64,000 bases of DNA from positions 2,186,863 to 2,250,862 of the forward strand of contig JAWQFM010000003.1 in assembly GCA_033442325.1 (NCBI GenBank), read 5' to 3'. The notes beneath the pieces are model-generated. The model searched no databases. It had not been told where the DNA came from and was given only the letters and a program-made list of their open reading frames with translations. Origin of the DNA: Salpingoeca rosetta. Its lineage: Eukaryota > Protista > Choanoflagellata. The translations under genes were made by a program, and so were the position numbers. Shown here piece after piece: positions 34,444 to 49,548 of this stretch; positions within the stretch are counted from its first letter, which is position 1, and each line of letters starts with the position of its first letter.

Positions 34444-36006
34444 ACCACCACCACCACCACCACCACCACCGGCAGAGCAGGGGATGACGTACGCGGCCTT
34501 CTTTGCGCTGCGCTCCTCCTTGGAGAGCTGCATTGCCTCGTTGTGCTCCTTGTGCTGCTTCTGCCGCAAATCCATTTGCGCCTTCACAATCGCCTCAACC
34601 TGACGTGGTGTTGGTGTAGGTGGTGTCAATGGTGCGACAATGGATAATACGTGCGGTGAGTTGAATGGGTCGGGCAGCGCGTCAAATGCAACCCCCTCCC
34701 CCGGAGCCAACCGCATGGAAGGGAATGCCAACGCAAATACCCATATCACCACCACCGTCACCATCATCACTATCAGTACGACCATGACACCACCACTACC
34801 ACCATTCATGCATCACCACTGCCCGCACCTTTGTTGGGTCTGCCACGGCCTCTGTGCCGAGCACGCGCATGAGGTTGCTGATCTTGACTTTGGGCGCGGG
34901 CGCCTCCATCTGCCCAAGACGGATCTTCTCCGTCTTCTCCTCGTTCTCCGCCCGCCGCCGCTGCCGCCGCATCTTCTTCCTGCAGTCACAGTCACAGTCA
35001 CACACACACACACATCACGTGGCAGGGATGGTGGTGGTGGGGTTGTGAATTGCTTGGCGCGGTGTGTGTGTGTTTGTTTGTTTGGGTGTTTGTAGTTGTG
35101 TGTGTGTATTTGTGTGTGTGTGTGTTTTGTGTGTGTGTGTGTTTGTGTTTTGTGTGTGTGTGTGTGTGTTGGTGGAAAAAACCAAAACTAAACAAGGGAC
35201 GATATCGCAAGAGCTACGCCTGGCGTGCTTGTGTGCGCTGCGCAGTGCCGACGTACTGTTCTTTCTTTGTGAGGTAGACCGGTGTTGCCACGACCTTGTT
35301 TGCGTCTTGCGGCTCAAACGTAATCGGATGTTGCACTGCAGCAGAGATAAAATTAGGTGATGGCGGAGGACGTGAGGTGTCGGTTACAGGCGGAGGGAGA
35401 GTGAAGATGAAGGGGAGCACTGCATCGTACCAACAACTCAACAGTACATCTGACGCTTGTGCGCCCATGCGCTGAACCACAACAAGAACAACAACGACAA
35501 GAACAAGAACAAGAACAAGAGCAACAACAACAACAACAAGAACAACAACAACAACAACAACAAGAGCAACAAGAACAAGAACAAGAACAAGAACAAGAAC
35601 AAGAACAAGAACAAGAACAAGAACAAGAACAACAACAACAACAACAACAAGTACAGCAGCGGCAGCAATGGTGGCTCGCTCACCGAGATTGGTGATGTCG
35701 TTGAACTCGGGATCGCCCGAGTCAAGCTTCTCATATCTGCACAGCGAACAATGGCAAGAGTGCAGGGCAGAACAGACCACAGTGAGGCGCACCTGCATGC
35801 ACACACGTGCAACACATTCAGCAAGAATGCCACATGCCACAAAGAACGACGAAGGAGGCAGCCACCGCATGCAAATCACCACGTGTACACCACCACCACC
35901 GCAATTGATTGGATGACGCACCCGCCGTTGAGGATGACCTGGTCCCACCACTCGACATCTGGCACACTTGACACCTCAAGCTCCTCCTTCTTCGGCGCAA
36001 CAACAG

Positions 36007-36083
<77 letters not shown>

Positions 36084-36652
36084 ACGACACGACACACCAC
36101 ACATACAGTCATGTGCATGTGTGCACCGTTTAGGCGAGCATGGGTGGTGTCAGACACAACGACGCCGATGCAATGAACAACGCAGCCGCAACCAACCGCA
36201 TCAACATCACCACCGTTGCACCACTGATTGGCTGCAGCCGTTCCGCGCCCTTTCCACACCCGCACACAAGCATACATACACACAAACAAACAAACAAACA
36301 TACATACATACATACATACATACATACACACATACATACATACATACATACATACACACATACATACACACATACATACACACATACATACACACATACA
36401 TACACACATACATACATACATATATACATACATACATACATACATACATACATACATACATACATACATACATGCATACATACATACATACACACATACA
36501 TACGTGCGTTCACCTCCTCCACACCAACGCCACCGGGACTGACCCATCTTTGAGATGCCGGTCTTTTGCGCTGCGGACGCAATTTCCGCCTGAAGTTTCT
36601 CCAACTTGGCCTTTGCTCGCTCCCGATCCGCTTGCTGGTGTTTGGATGGCGC

Positions 36653-36718
<66 letters not shown>

Positions 36719-37304
36719 GTGTGAGAGTGCGCATGTTCGATGTGCGAGAGAGAGTGTATGTGAGCGGATGGCAACGCCGGTAGCACCTCAGACCAGAGCG
36801 CAAGGACGCACACTCGCGAACACCCATGAGTGCACCAACAGCACAGCAAACAAACACGAAAATGCACGTGATTGCGGCACGCACGTCAAGGTAGTAGCCC
36901 TTTTCCTTGAAGCGGAAGGCACGACGTTTTCTCTGCAAAATGAACACTCAACCATAGTGTGAGAACACCACCGCTGGCTGAGCAAGTGCACACGCACAAG
37001 CATGAACGCACGGCAATGACAATACATACACACACGCTTACACATACGCACATTAACACACGCACACACGCACATAAACACACGCACGCAGTCACACCTC
37101 CTTTGGCTTCATCTCCAGTCGCTCGTCGTAGTACGGATTATCGGCAATGTCTTCCTCCTGCTGCGCCTCAACCATCTTCGTCAGCTCTTCGCGTTTCTTC
37201 GCGCGCTTGTTCACCGACAACTCAGGAACACGCCGCTCCATGTGAATCACCTGTTGCGTTGTGCGTCGTGCGTTGTGTGTTGTGTGCGTTGTGTGTTGTG
37301 TGTG

Positions 37305-37348
<44 letters not shown>

Positions 37349-37540
37349 ATACGCGTTATTTGTTTGTGTGTGGATACGCGTTATTTGTTTGTGTGTGTGG
37401 CGATTTGAGTGGTGGTTCCCAATGGGCGTCGAAACAGCTGCCACTTTCCCAACCCCGAGCCAGTGGCTGTCTTACGTTGCCTGATGCGTCGACCATGCGC
37501 CCAGACGCGTCCATCATAATACTGCGCGGCTTCTTCACGC

Positions 37541-37578
<38 letters not shown>

Positions 37579-38770
37579 CACGTGCACCACGGTAAGACGA
37601 GGGCTGTCAATATCACAAAAATACCGAACCAATCTCTTGCTCCTTCAACCACATACACATACACACACATACACACGTGTCAGCATGCCGTGCGGTACTT
37701 GCCTTCGTCTGCTGCGCGCTTCTGCAGACTTGCAAGCTGCTCCTTCACCTTTGCTTGCAGGTCGCCGAGCTGGCCATTTGGAAGCGGCAGCAATGGCTTT
37801 GGTGTTTGTACGCCAGCTGTTGTTTCGACGGGAAAACACATGGGAGGGCCGGGAAGCGTACGTGTCAGGCACGTATGCGCACACATGAGTTGAGGATGAC
37901 ATGTCTAGGACGGAGATCAGGTCAACAACGAACAGCCAAGCTCGCACACACACACACACTCACACACACACTCACACACACATGCACGAAAACATACACG
38001 CATCTCTCTCTCTTTGCTGACCTGGGAGAGGAGTTGTGACACCTCCTGGCATGCCGTGGGGCGCTGGCGTGGTGATGCCGCCCGGCAGTGGAGTTGCAAC
38101 GCCATGTGGCATGGGCGTGCGCAGCCCAGCGGGCATGGGCGTGTGTGCACCTGTAGGCAGAGGAGTCTGTGCGCCACCAGGCAAAGGTGTGCGGGCGCCA
38201 GCCTGCATCCCTGCCGGGGTCGGCGTGGCTACGCCAGCCACCTGACGGATGCAATGGCAACATGACATCACGACAGTGTGGTCAGCAAAGCGACAACAAC
38301 GACGACGACACCAACAATGACCACGACGGTAACAACAACGACGACGTCGTCAACAACAGTGACGACGACGACGACAGTGATGACAACGACGACAGTGACG
38401 ACAACGACGACAGTGACGACGACGCCAACAAAGGCATGTCACAATCAAACACACACACTCAAACACACACACACCATTTGTTTGCGCTGCTCAATCTCGC
38501 GCTTCTTCTGCTCGATGAGCGCCCGGATCTAGACACAAGGGCCAACAAGGAAAAGCAAGGCACGCAACGACATGTGATTAGCGACACCATGTCTTCCAGA
38601 ATCACACACATGCACACATGCACACATACGCACGCACACGTACATGCACTCACACATGCACACACACGGGCACGCACACGTACATGCACTCACACATGCA
38701 CATACACACATGCACATACATACACTCGCTCCCCTATGCGTACCTGGTCCGGGTTGAGGTTTTGCGCCAT
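33051..38770 (-). CDS. PRPF3: U4/U6 snRNP protein Prp3
   Basis: [89 protein letters not shown]; ends [15 protein letters not shown]. Confidence 0.95.
35478..35650. repeat. Intronic compound (AAC)n/(AAGAAC)n microsatellite
   Basis: Visible tandem units. Confidence 0.9.
36272..36502. repeat. Intronic (TACA)n microsatellite
   Basis: Visible tandem units. Confidence 0.9.
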
Positions 38771-39250
<480 letters not shown>

Positions 39251-41522
39251 ATGGCTGATCACCAGCAGCAGCAGCAGCAACATATTCCCCAGGATTGGGA
39301 AACCTGCAAGGAGAACTTCAAACCACGCCGCCAGGGCTACAGCGCAGAATCCGTCATGAACGCAGCCGTGGCAACACCATTCGAGAGGCTCGCAGAACAG
39401 GAACGGTAAGGCATGCTCGTATGCGTGTGCGTGAACATGTGGTGGTGTGGACGGTGCTCGTCAGCAAATCTACTCGTGCATATGATGTGAGAAGCGCTAT
39501 CTTGCACACACACACACACACACGCACGCACGCACGCACACACACACACACACACACACGCACACACACACACACACGCACACACACACACACCAACCCC
39601 CGCCACACCCCCTTAAAACCCATGCACAATCTGAACACCATGTTGACAGTGCCTTTGAAGAGGCTGTGTTCACGAGCGGCGGCAGCGACCCTCTCGACAT
39701 CTGGAAGCGGTGAGACGAGCAGTGTGTTGTCGCGCATGATGTTTGTCTGCTGTCAAACAACCCACTGCCTCACAGCTTCGTATTCTTCTCACACTCGTTT
39801 TCCCATGTGATTACGTTCTCTTGTCCAATCATTTCACAGATACATTGCTTGGGCAGAAGAGCGCGAGAACAGCGCCGACTATCAGGTGTGTGCTCTCTCG
39901 GAGCAGCTGCAATACGGGCGGAGAAGCTGGCTTGCGTTCGTGCAACAGTGTCGCCTGCGTGGTTGTCGTTTGTGCGTATCGTGCTGCCCGTGCTCTAATC
40001 TAAGCATGCCCGCGCTTGAAGCTTGTTATTGCACTGGGGCGAGCAGTAACCCTCCTTTCATCTGTGCTCTCTGCGAACATAATTATTGCAGATTGACGTT
40101 GCTCGCCTCCTGGAGCGCTGCATCAAGCGTTTTGAGCGCGATGAAACCGTCAGGAACGATGAGCGCTTTCTCAAGATTTGCCTCAAATACGTACGTGCCC
40201 ATGAGCCATTGTACCTTGTACATGTGCGCACATGTCTGTGTGCGTACGGGCATGTGTGTGTATGAGAATGCCTGCGTCCGTTGAATAAAGGCAAGTGCAC
40301 GTGCTCGTGTATTTCTACACCGCATCTCAATCCTGAATTGCCGTCGTGTCTCGTGCATGTTCAGGCGGACCGCTGCGACGAACCGTTTCAGATCTTCACC
40401 TTCCTGTTTGATCGCCGCATTGGCATCCAAACGCCTCTCTTCTGGCTGGTGAGGAGTGGTGCGCACGAAACTCTGCATGCCAAATTGTTTCACACAGGCA
40501 TTGTTTTCGGAATCGCAAGCATGTGAAGTACTCGCATTCACACATGTACATACGTATTCACTTGCTTCTTCTCCACACACACACACACACTGCCGTCACT
40601 TGCACATTCACATACACACACACACACCAACGCACACACACACACACAGACGTGGTCGGTGATGTACGAGAGCATCAAGAACTACGATGAGGCCGTGGAG
40701 AAGCTTGAGCGAGGCATCATCACCATGACAGAGCCGGAACCCAAGACGTTTCTGCAGCGAAAGCTCACAGCACTGCAGCAGCGTGCGTCCTACCACCGTG
40801 AAAAGCAAGAGGCAGCCTCTCCCGTCGACAGCCCAGCTGCCAACGCTGATGAAGACAAGTGAGTGTGCGCATGCCGGGATGCAGACGTCTCAGTGTGCAA
40901 TTGTTGTGATGTGCATTGTCCTTGAACTCGCAAGCCAGGTATACTCACGGTCACGTGTTTTCACTGCATCTGTTTGCGTGGTTGCTGTTGTGCACCGCAG
41001 GCGCATTACCTTTGGTGAGCTGCCACAGACGCGAAGTGGCCGTCTGCCCGTCAACCGTGGAAAGTTCGCACGCCAAGGGTACGCTGTGCATGTGACCGTG
41101 TTTCCGTTATTTCGTAATGCTGATGTGATTCTGCGTTTGCACTTGTTGTAGCGTGCGTGTGGGCGACTTTTCCTGCATGCACAGCAGCAATGCGCGGGCT
41201 CCATCGCTCTCTTGTGCTCTCTCACACATGCGCTGCTGTTTTCTGTCTCCGTCCCTCCCCCTGCCTCCATCGCATGTGTTTACAGCGGGCGTGGTCTGAA
41301 GAACGTTGTCAACGGCCGACCGGGTCTTGGTCTCGGTGCGCGCTCATCCGGGAACAACGGCGCCCTCAGCATTTACCAGGACTCTGCCGAGGACACGCAG
41401 GAGCGGTGTGTGTGTGTGTGTGTGTGTGTATGCGTGCGTGTGCGTGCGATTGTGTGAGGTGGGAGGAGACTGTGTGAGTGAGTGTGTGTGTGAATGCCTG
41501 TGATTGGGGGAGGTGGGAGGGA

Positions 41523-41583
<61 letters not shown>

Positions 41584-44329
41584 AAATGAGATGATGTGAA
41601 CTGAAAAAGTGTGAGCAGCAGAACAATGCTCGCCACATGTATTCACATGCCTTGCCTCACATTCCCCATTTCTTTGTAAAATGTCGCATTGTGAGCAGGC
41701 ACCGTCCGGTCGTGCTGCTCTCACGTCCTCAAATTCGCAGTTTCCCAGACGCCAGCGCCACCGCCAAGGAAAACTCACGGGTAAGGAGCTCAGCGCAGTC
41801 CTTGCTCTCCTGTACCTCCTACTGTGCTCATGTGTGCGTGTACGTCTGAAAATGCGCGCACGCGTGTGTGTGTGTGTGTGGTTTTGGAAACATGCTGACC
41901 TTGGTCACGCCCATTTCTTGCACCTCTTCCAACTTCCCATTCACCAGGACCCCTCGGGCTGGCACGGCACTGGTGGGCTGCGTACGCGACCAACAGCAGC
42001 CGCAACTGCTGAGCCCCTCGACGTGTATGAGGATGAAGATGTCAAGGCTACAACCGGCGACAAGTCGCCAGCGCCAAAACGTGCGTGTTGTCTGCGTTTG
42101 TGTGTGTCTGCGTTTGTGTGTGTGTGTGCGTGTGCGTGTGTGTGCGTGTGCGTGCGCGCGCGCGTGTGTGTGCATTTGTGCTTGTAGCCATGCGCGTGTG
42201 CCTCTGTCAGTGTGTGTGGAAATGTGTTTCGTGCTCACTGCTCATTGCACTCCTCCTGGCTGGCGGGCGTCCTTACAGTGCCGAAGGCATCCCGCAAGAA
42301 AGTGCTGCAGCCCAAGAAGCCGGCCGCGCCCGTTCGCATCTTCCACGACTATGCACGCGAGCGTGGGCTTGAGCGCGAGGTGTGTGTGTGCGCGCCTGCG
42401 TGTGCCTGTGGTTGTGGATGCCTGTGTATGTATGTGTGTCTATGCCTTGCAGCTTGTGCCAGTATTTGCGTCTCTGTCTCTGTTCACGGTTGCATTCTCC
42501 TCTGAATTATGTCTCATCCCTTCTACGCTCCCACGCGCGAGCGTGCACACACACACACACATACACACATACACACACACACATACCGCCACCACCACCA
42601 CCACCACCACCACCAGCTGCCTGGCCAGTACCTGATGTACGACCCACGGCCGCTGCTGGAGGATCCGGCAACCGAGTACTGCTTTGAAGAGATGCGCGCG
42701 TCGCACTGGCTCGCCGCCAACCATCTCACGGCAGACCACTTTCCAATCGAGGTGTGTGTGTGTGTGACTCTGTGTGTATCTGTGTGCGTGTGTGCATGTG
42801 TGAATCTGTGTGTATCTGTGTGCGTATGTGCATGTGTGTGTGTGTGTCTATTTGCCTACCTTCAGTCTGTCAGTCTGCCAGGCTGTCGTTGGTGGCTGTT
42901 TGTGCCCATCGCGTTCGATCATCACACGCTGCCCCAACTCTCTGCATTATCGCGAACGCATCGTTTTGTGACTTCCCTCAAATTGCACGCGCGTTTATCT
43001 TACACGCCCCTTGTGTTGCAACAGCACGACTACGACAATGACCTCGACGTGTCGATGGGCGGTGATGAGTATGGCCAGAACCTCGACACCGAGGATCACC
43101 AATACAGCGGCGACCATTCACACAAGCATATGCTGCCAACGCGGACTCCAGCCGCTGCCATGGTGAATGCACAAGGCGCCAACGACACACGTCAGGTGAT
43201 GATTGCATGCGAATTGCTCTGAGTTTGTGGTGTGTGTGTATGAGTGTGTGTGTGTGTGTGTGACACAGGTGTATGTGTGGTGTGAACGTTCTTGCCTCAT
43301 GGATACAATTGTGATTGGATGCAAGACGCCTTCACGCACGCCGCTTCATCGTGGTTGCACTGTACGTGCCGCCTTCACCTGTTGACTTTGATTGCTCCTT
43401 GCGTGTGGTTTAGGCTGATGCCGCATTTACAGCGCCAGAGGCAAACAGGCGTGAGCGCCGCGCACTGCGCGCTCTCCCCAATGCCGGCGAGGAGTCGGAG
43501 GTGAGATGTTCGTGCTTGCTACCGCCTGAAAGAACTGAAATGTGCGGCTTTCGGGTTGTGAACACGCTTGAAATTGACCCACTGTACGTCGCACACTCAC
43601 ACACACGTACACACACACACGCACACACACACACACTCTCTCTCTCTCACATATTCGCACATGCGCATAACAGCCGGAGAACACGGTGACCAAGCGGCTG
43701 CATTTCAGTGTTCTTGACCATGAAGAACAAGAGGAGCAGCGTGACGAGGTGAGATGCAGTTGCATTGCATTCAAGTGTACTTGTACACGCCTTAACCCCT
43801 TCACTTGTCACATTGCTTGCGGACGCTGTGATGTTCACGCTCACCGATCGCATCATTGCATGTACGCGCGCTATTGCTTGCGTGCCAGGCGCCATCGCCC
43901 ACAATCAACACCAAGGCAGCAATGGCTGACGTGATGGCCATGTTTGGTGAGTGTGCGTGCGTGTTTGTGGGTGTCGACACTGCATTGGATGCGAGCAACT
44001 TTGCTACAAGGCACTGTTGTATTGCCCACGACTGCAGGCATTTCAATCACTGCCCAACGTGCGCTCACATTCAACTGGGACGATTCTCTCTCTTGGTGTG
44101 TGTCAATGAAACAGGCGGCGCCCTCAACTCTCCTACAACAGAGAGCGGCAGTGCTGGTGTTTCGGCGGTGTCGCCTCGCCCATCACAGCCGCTGTCTGTG
44201 TTTCAGGACGTGAACACGAGTACAGGTGCACACGCCGATGATGAAGCAGAAGACGTGGACAGTGAGAACAAAGAAAACTGTGCTCCCCTCGAAGCAAAGA
44301 AGGTGTGTGCGTCAGTGTGTGTGAGAGTG

Positions 44330-44377
<48 letters not shown>

Positions 44378-46199
44378 TTGTTGGAGCTTGTTTGCACAAA
44401 CTCAGAGTGGGGATGACATTGAACATGTCCACGCACTGATGTCCAGGTCTCATTTCCTAGCGCTCACAACCCAATGCTCTCTCCACACTTTCCTTTGCAT
44501 TCGGTTCCCTCTGCCTCCACACAACAACACCGATGACAACACACAATGCAGCCCAAGATGAGTGCTGCACAAGAGGCATGCCAGCGCACCGGCCAGTCTC
44601 GCAGCGTGCTCGGTGAGCTGAAAGGCTTTGACCTGTGCAGCCCGGAAGAGCTTGCTGCTGCCCGCGCATACTCGGGTGATGACGACGATGGTGATGATGA
44701 GGACGATGACCAGGGCAACGGTCGCAATCATGGCGACATTCACGGCTTCGGCAGCAACAAAATTGGCGGCAACAAACACTTGAGCGTCTTTGGTGGAAAA
44801 GGTGATGATGACGATGATGATGATGGTGGTGATGGCGAGAACAATGACGAGTACAACCACCATCGTGGTGCTGCAAAGCCCAACACACAACGCCGCCCGC
44901 TGGGAGAGCGCCAAATGCCGTCACTGCTGAACGACAGCCATGATGCGGACGAGCGTCATACAAGCAACGGCCCAGGCTTTGCACAACAACACCACCACCA
45001 CCCGCACCGTGCAACCATGCTCAGCCCCATTCTGGAGGCTAGCCATGAGATTTCCTCCTCTGCGTCGTTCCTGTCAACCAGGAGCTCCAGGTGTGTGTGT
45101 GTGTGTATCCGTGAATGCTCGTTTGTTCGCCTTTGTCACTTCTGTGTTTACAATGCGTGAGCACATTGTTGTGGCTGAACTGTTTTCATTGTCATCCAAC
45201 AACTCACATCAAGTCTGCGCGTGTGTTCGCTGCTGATTTGCAGAACGCCCTCTGCCGCCGGCTCTGGTCCACAGTCCACGCTGACGACACCATCCGCAGA
45301 GTGCACCACGGTCACCGAGCTTGCCCGCGCACTCGCCAGCAAGGTGCACACATGCCTGCACATGCACTCTCGCGCTCATGCACATCGTTTCTGGTATATA
45401 TTTTTTTTTCGCGCCTGCCTTGCCTGTTGAGTTTGATTTCAACAATGATACATCAAAGGGTTCGGGTGAGCACTACATACACCATGCTGCTGCGTTCACG
45501 CTCAATACTTTGTTATTGTGTATTTTACTGTTTGTTTCGACTGCGCTCAGTGCCAGGACGCGATTGAGGCCTCGTCCATGACAGTTGTGCAGCCAACAAA
45601 TGTGCCAGCCCTCAAACCTGGTCAAGGTGCGATTGAACTAGAGTGCAAATTAGTGCTCCGCGAGAGAGACAGAGAGAGAGTGTGTGTGTGTGTGTGTGCG
45701 TGTGTGTGTGTGTGTGTGTTCTTCCGTTGTGCTCCCCGTCTCACTCGTGGTTCGCCTTGTCGCGGTTACTCATCATTGACACAACACGCATGTCTGCCTG
45801 CTGCCGTGACGCGCCCTCCCACAGTGCTGCAGAAGATCGTTCCTGACTGCACCCTGTCCGTGTGGCGTCAAAGTGACCCCCGTGCGTATCTTGCCGTTGA
45901 GTACGCGATCGAGGACTATGACAGCTCAGACGTCGAGTACCTGCGTTGCTTCCAGCTCAAGGTGCGCACCAGTACACATACATGTTGTGTGTGTGTGTGT
46001 GTGCGTGGTTGTGACCAGATGTACAATATGACTTCAAGGAATGCGCATTCATTTGTTCTAATGTGATGCTGAGTTAAACACATGACCCATTTTTCTCTCT
46101 GCTGCCGTTGAACAGGTGGTGGAGCATCTCTATGAAGCGCGCATGTCGCTGCTTGTTCTGGATCGTCTGAAGCAGCTCGAAGACGTAAGCGGGCAGCGG

Positions 46200-46240
<41 letters not shown>

Positions 46241-47911
46241 TGTGTGTCAGGTGTGTGTGTGTGTGTGTGTGTGTCGGTTGTTTGTTCTTGTTGATTGTAT
46301 GACAGAGGCTTTTCGAGGTTGACTACGAGTGGCATCGGCGTCTTTTGCCTCCATTCCTCACGCGCACTCACAAACACAAACATGCATGCACGCACACACC
46401 CTCTGCTCCTTTTGCTGTTGTTGGCATGAACAGGCGCAGCTGCGTGCCCGTGCCATGGCGAGTGTGAGCGTGCCGGTTGCCTTCCACGTGTTTAACAACG
46501 GGCTTGTCATGTGCTCCACCTACTCAAGCAAGGCCAGTCTGGCAGACCTCGTTGCCTCCAACGCAGACAAGGGCGTGGCGTGTGACGAGACGCTTGTCAT
46601 GTTCTATGCCATTGAGCTCCTGCGCACCATGGAGGCGCTGCACTCCTGCGGCTTTGTCGCAGGCAACTTCCAACGTGGGTGGTCTTGTGTCATGATGTGT
46701 GTGTGTGTTTGTGTGCTTGTGCTTGTGTGTGTATATGTGTGTTTGCTCTCTGTTTGCGAGTTTCTCCATGCGCGCGTGCATATGTACATGCGTGTGTTTG
46801 CTCTGAGAGCTTGCTTCTCTGTCTGTCTCTCTGTCTGTCTGTCTGTCTGTCTCGGTTTGTTTCACTCCGCAAGCATTGCTCCTGCAATCCACTTGTTGCC
46901 CACGCGACTTGGCAAGCTCTTGTAACCAACTCACGTGCGTGGATGTGTGCTTGTTTCGCCTTCAGCCGAAAACATTCTCCTCCGCTGCGATCTCTTTGCT
47001 CTCGAGGCCGAAGAGGAGCAGGAGGCGACGGCACCCTGGAACGCACGGGGCGCCAACGGCTGGAAGCACTACGGTGTTGTGCTCACCAACTTTGCCCGCG
47101 CTGCGGACATGCAAGAGTTGCCCAGGCAGACGTTTGAGGACCACCAGCTGCTCGCAAGCCTTGGTCGCACCGCGGGCGCATTTGAGGTGATCGGCACGCA
47201 TGATGACTTGCATGTGTGTGTGTGCGTGTGCGCGTGTTAGCGTGTTACGTGTTAGTGTTGGTGTGTGTGTGTGTGTGTGTGTGTTTCAGTGCGTACTCGT
47301 GCTCGGAACCAAACACAGTTCCACTCCACGGACATGCCTCTCACAACCTCCACACGCACACACACACACACACACACACGCACACATACATACTCAACAC
47401 GATACAACACACCACAGCGGGATTATGTGGACGTGGCGGATGTGCTGCACCAACTGCTGTTTGGATCCGCCCTAGCTGTGGAGCAAGACGCAGACACGAG
47501 CCAATTCAAGCTGCAACAGCCCATCAAGTGCGTGCGCAATACGGCATTTTGTCTTGGCTCAACTTGGATGTGCTTGCTGCACATGCCACGCGTGGCACTC
47601 TGCCCGCTGGTGTTTGCTGTCTTGATTGTGATGTGCTGCGTTTCCTGCCGACTGATGGTGCACAGACCATTCTGCTCATTCTGCTCATTCTGCTCATTTG
47701 CTGTGTGTGTCGTGTTTGGATTGCTTACAGGCCGTATTGGCAACGCGAGTTGTGGCACAACATGTTCACGACGCTGCTGAACAACACCACAGGTTCATGC
47801 GACCTGAGTTCTCTGCGCCGGGATTTCGAGGGCTACTTGGAGAGCAACAGCTACAAGAGCAGCTCGCTCCATGGCCTGCTCATCCGCCAAGACCTGCAGC
47901 TTTCTGACTGA
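39251..47911 (+). CDS. Spindle-checkpoint MadBub protein (BUB1/BUBR1 family) with a degenerate C-terminal kinase domain
   Basis: WETCKENFKPRRQG (KEN1), TPR region (DPLDIWKRYIAW, RNDERFLKICLKY), GLEBS (EYCFEEMRA), SPTINTKAAMADVMAMF (CD1), LSPILEAS (KARD), and a Bub1-type kinase C-lobe (YWQRELWHNMFTTLLN). Confidence 0.92.
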
Positions 47912-48613
47912 AGGCGTGTTGTCCTTGCTGTTGTTGTTGGACTGTTGGCCGGGTGGTTGTGTCTTTGTGTCTTTGGCGTTGCCTCTTGCTGGTGTTTGTT
48001 CTCGTAGCGTTGCCACTTGCTGGCGTTTCTTCTTGTGGCATTGTTTGTTTGTTTGTTTGCTTGCCTACCCATGCGTGCACACATGTATGGCGGCATCATC
48101 ATCTTTGAAGTGGCAGCGTGGCAGCTCCTTGTTGTGTCGTACCATGTCTTGCTTTGTTCCTTCGTGGTGAACATTGCCTCAGTTGTCTTGTTGCTCTTTC
48201 AGAAAACCAAAGGGTCTTTGTGTGTGCGTGTTGCTGCCATTGTTGTTGTGTTTCATAAACGCGCTGTTATATTGCACTGGCACTTAGGCTTGCAAGCGAG
48301 CTCAGCTGCTGTGCCGTAAGTGCTGTGGCGTGGAGGAGAGCAAGCTGCACCGCAGCGGACTCTTGGGTCTCACCAAACCGCTGGAAGGCACTGGTGCGTT
48401 CTGGGCCGCAGCCAGCACGTTCGAGGCGCATTCAGCCCCGAACGAAACAAAGCAACCAGCCAATTTGTGCACACCGAGATGGGGCCGAGTTCATTTTCCA
48501 AAGCTTCATTCTTCTTGCCGCACAAGCAGGCTCTCACTCCAACAACAACCCCCCCCCCCAAGGCGGAACTCCTGCACCTCCACACACACACAAACAGTCA
48601 CTCTCCTGGCAAG

Positions 48614-48987
48614 ATGTGCTTCCGGATGACATGCAACAAGTGCAGCAAGCCCACGTGGGGCGGCTGCGGCAGCCACATCGACAGCGCATTGCGTGGTGTT
48701 CCCGTCGAGGAACGCTGCAAGTGCAAACCATACACCAGCAGCGGTATGTGTGTGCTCTGGAGTGAGGGAGCTGTTGTGTTGGGTGGTTGGTGTGTCGGGT
48801 GGTTGGTGTGTGCATCTTGAGGCGTAGTGAGGCGTGGTGTACCTTGTTCGCCGTTGCGTGTGACGTGACGACTTCGTTTCTGCTGTGCTGCAGCCACTTC
48901 TGCTTCACACCCACAACGCCGTGTCGCTCACGATGTTCTCTCCCATGTTCTTCTTCTCTTGCTTGCGTTTATCCAGCGAGGTATTGA
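48614..48987 (+). CDS. Small Cys-rich microprotein, copy 1 (CxxxCxxCxKPTWxGCGxH...RCxC); 3' end uncertain
   Basis: MCFRMTCNKCSKPTWGGCGSHIDSALRGVPVEERCKCKPYTSS, then either splicing (G|gtatgt...cag|CG AGG TAT TGA) or read-through to 48820. Confidence 0.72.
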
Positions 48988-49548
48988 TGGCCATCGGGAC
49001 GTTGTGAGCCGGCCTCCTGACAGAGGCATGGACACATACAGCTAGCTAGCCACAGCCAAGCAACGAAGAATCAAGAACCATGGACCAAGAAGGCCTCCTG
49101 CTAGCTTCTCGCCGCCCTTTGATCGTATTCCAAGCTCGTTCTACCTTGTCGTTGTTACATTATTCCCCTTGCTTCCATTCCTTTGTATGCCACGGCTCTC
49201 TTTGGCTGTCGCACCACCCTGCCCGGCTTATCTGCACTGTGTGCCACTGCCATAAACGAAAGCAAACCCAAAAACACACAGCGTGAACGAGAAGGCAGGA
49301 GAAGCAAAGCAAAGCATGGAGCGAGTTGTTGCGTTCTGGGAAAACGGCAACAACAGCCATGATGATGCTGATGATGAAAAGAAAAGCCTTGTGCACAACG
49401 CATTCACCCCACCATCGCAACAACAAGCCACAAGCAAAGCCACAAGCAAAGCCACAAGCAAGCGACGACAGTCCCCTTCTCCCAGGCCCGTTCCCTAACC
49501 CCCTACCCACGCCTCGCCCCGCCTCGCCTCGCATCCCAACCCTCCAGC

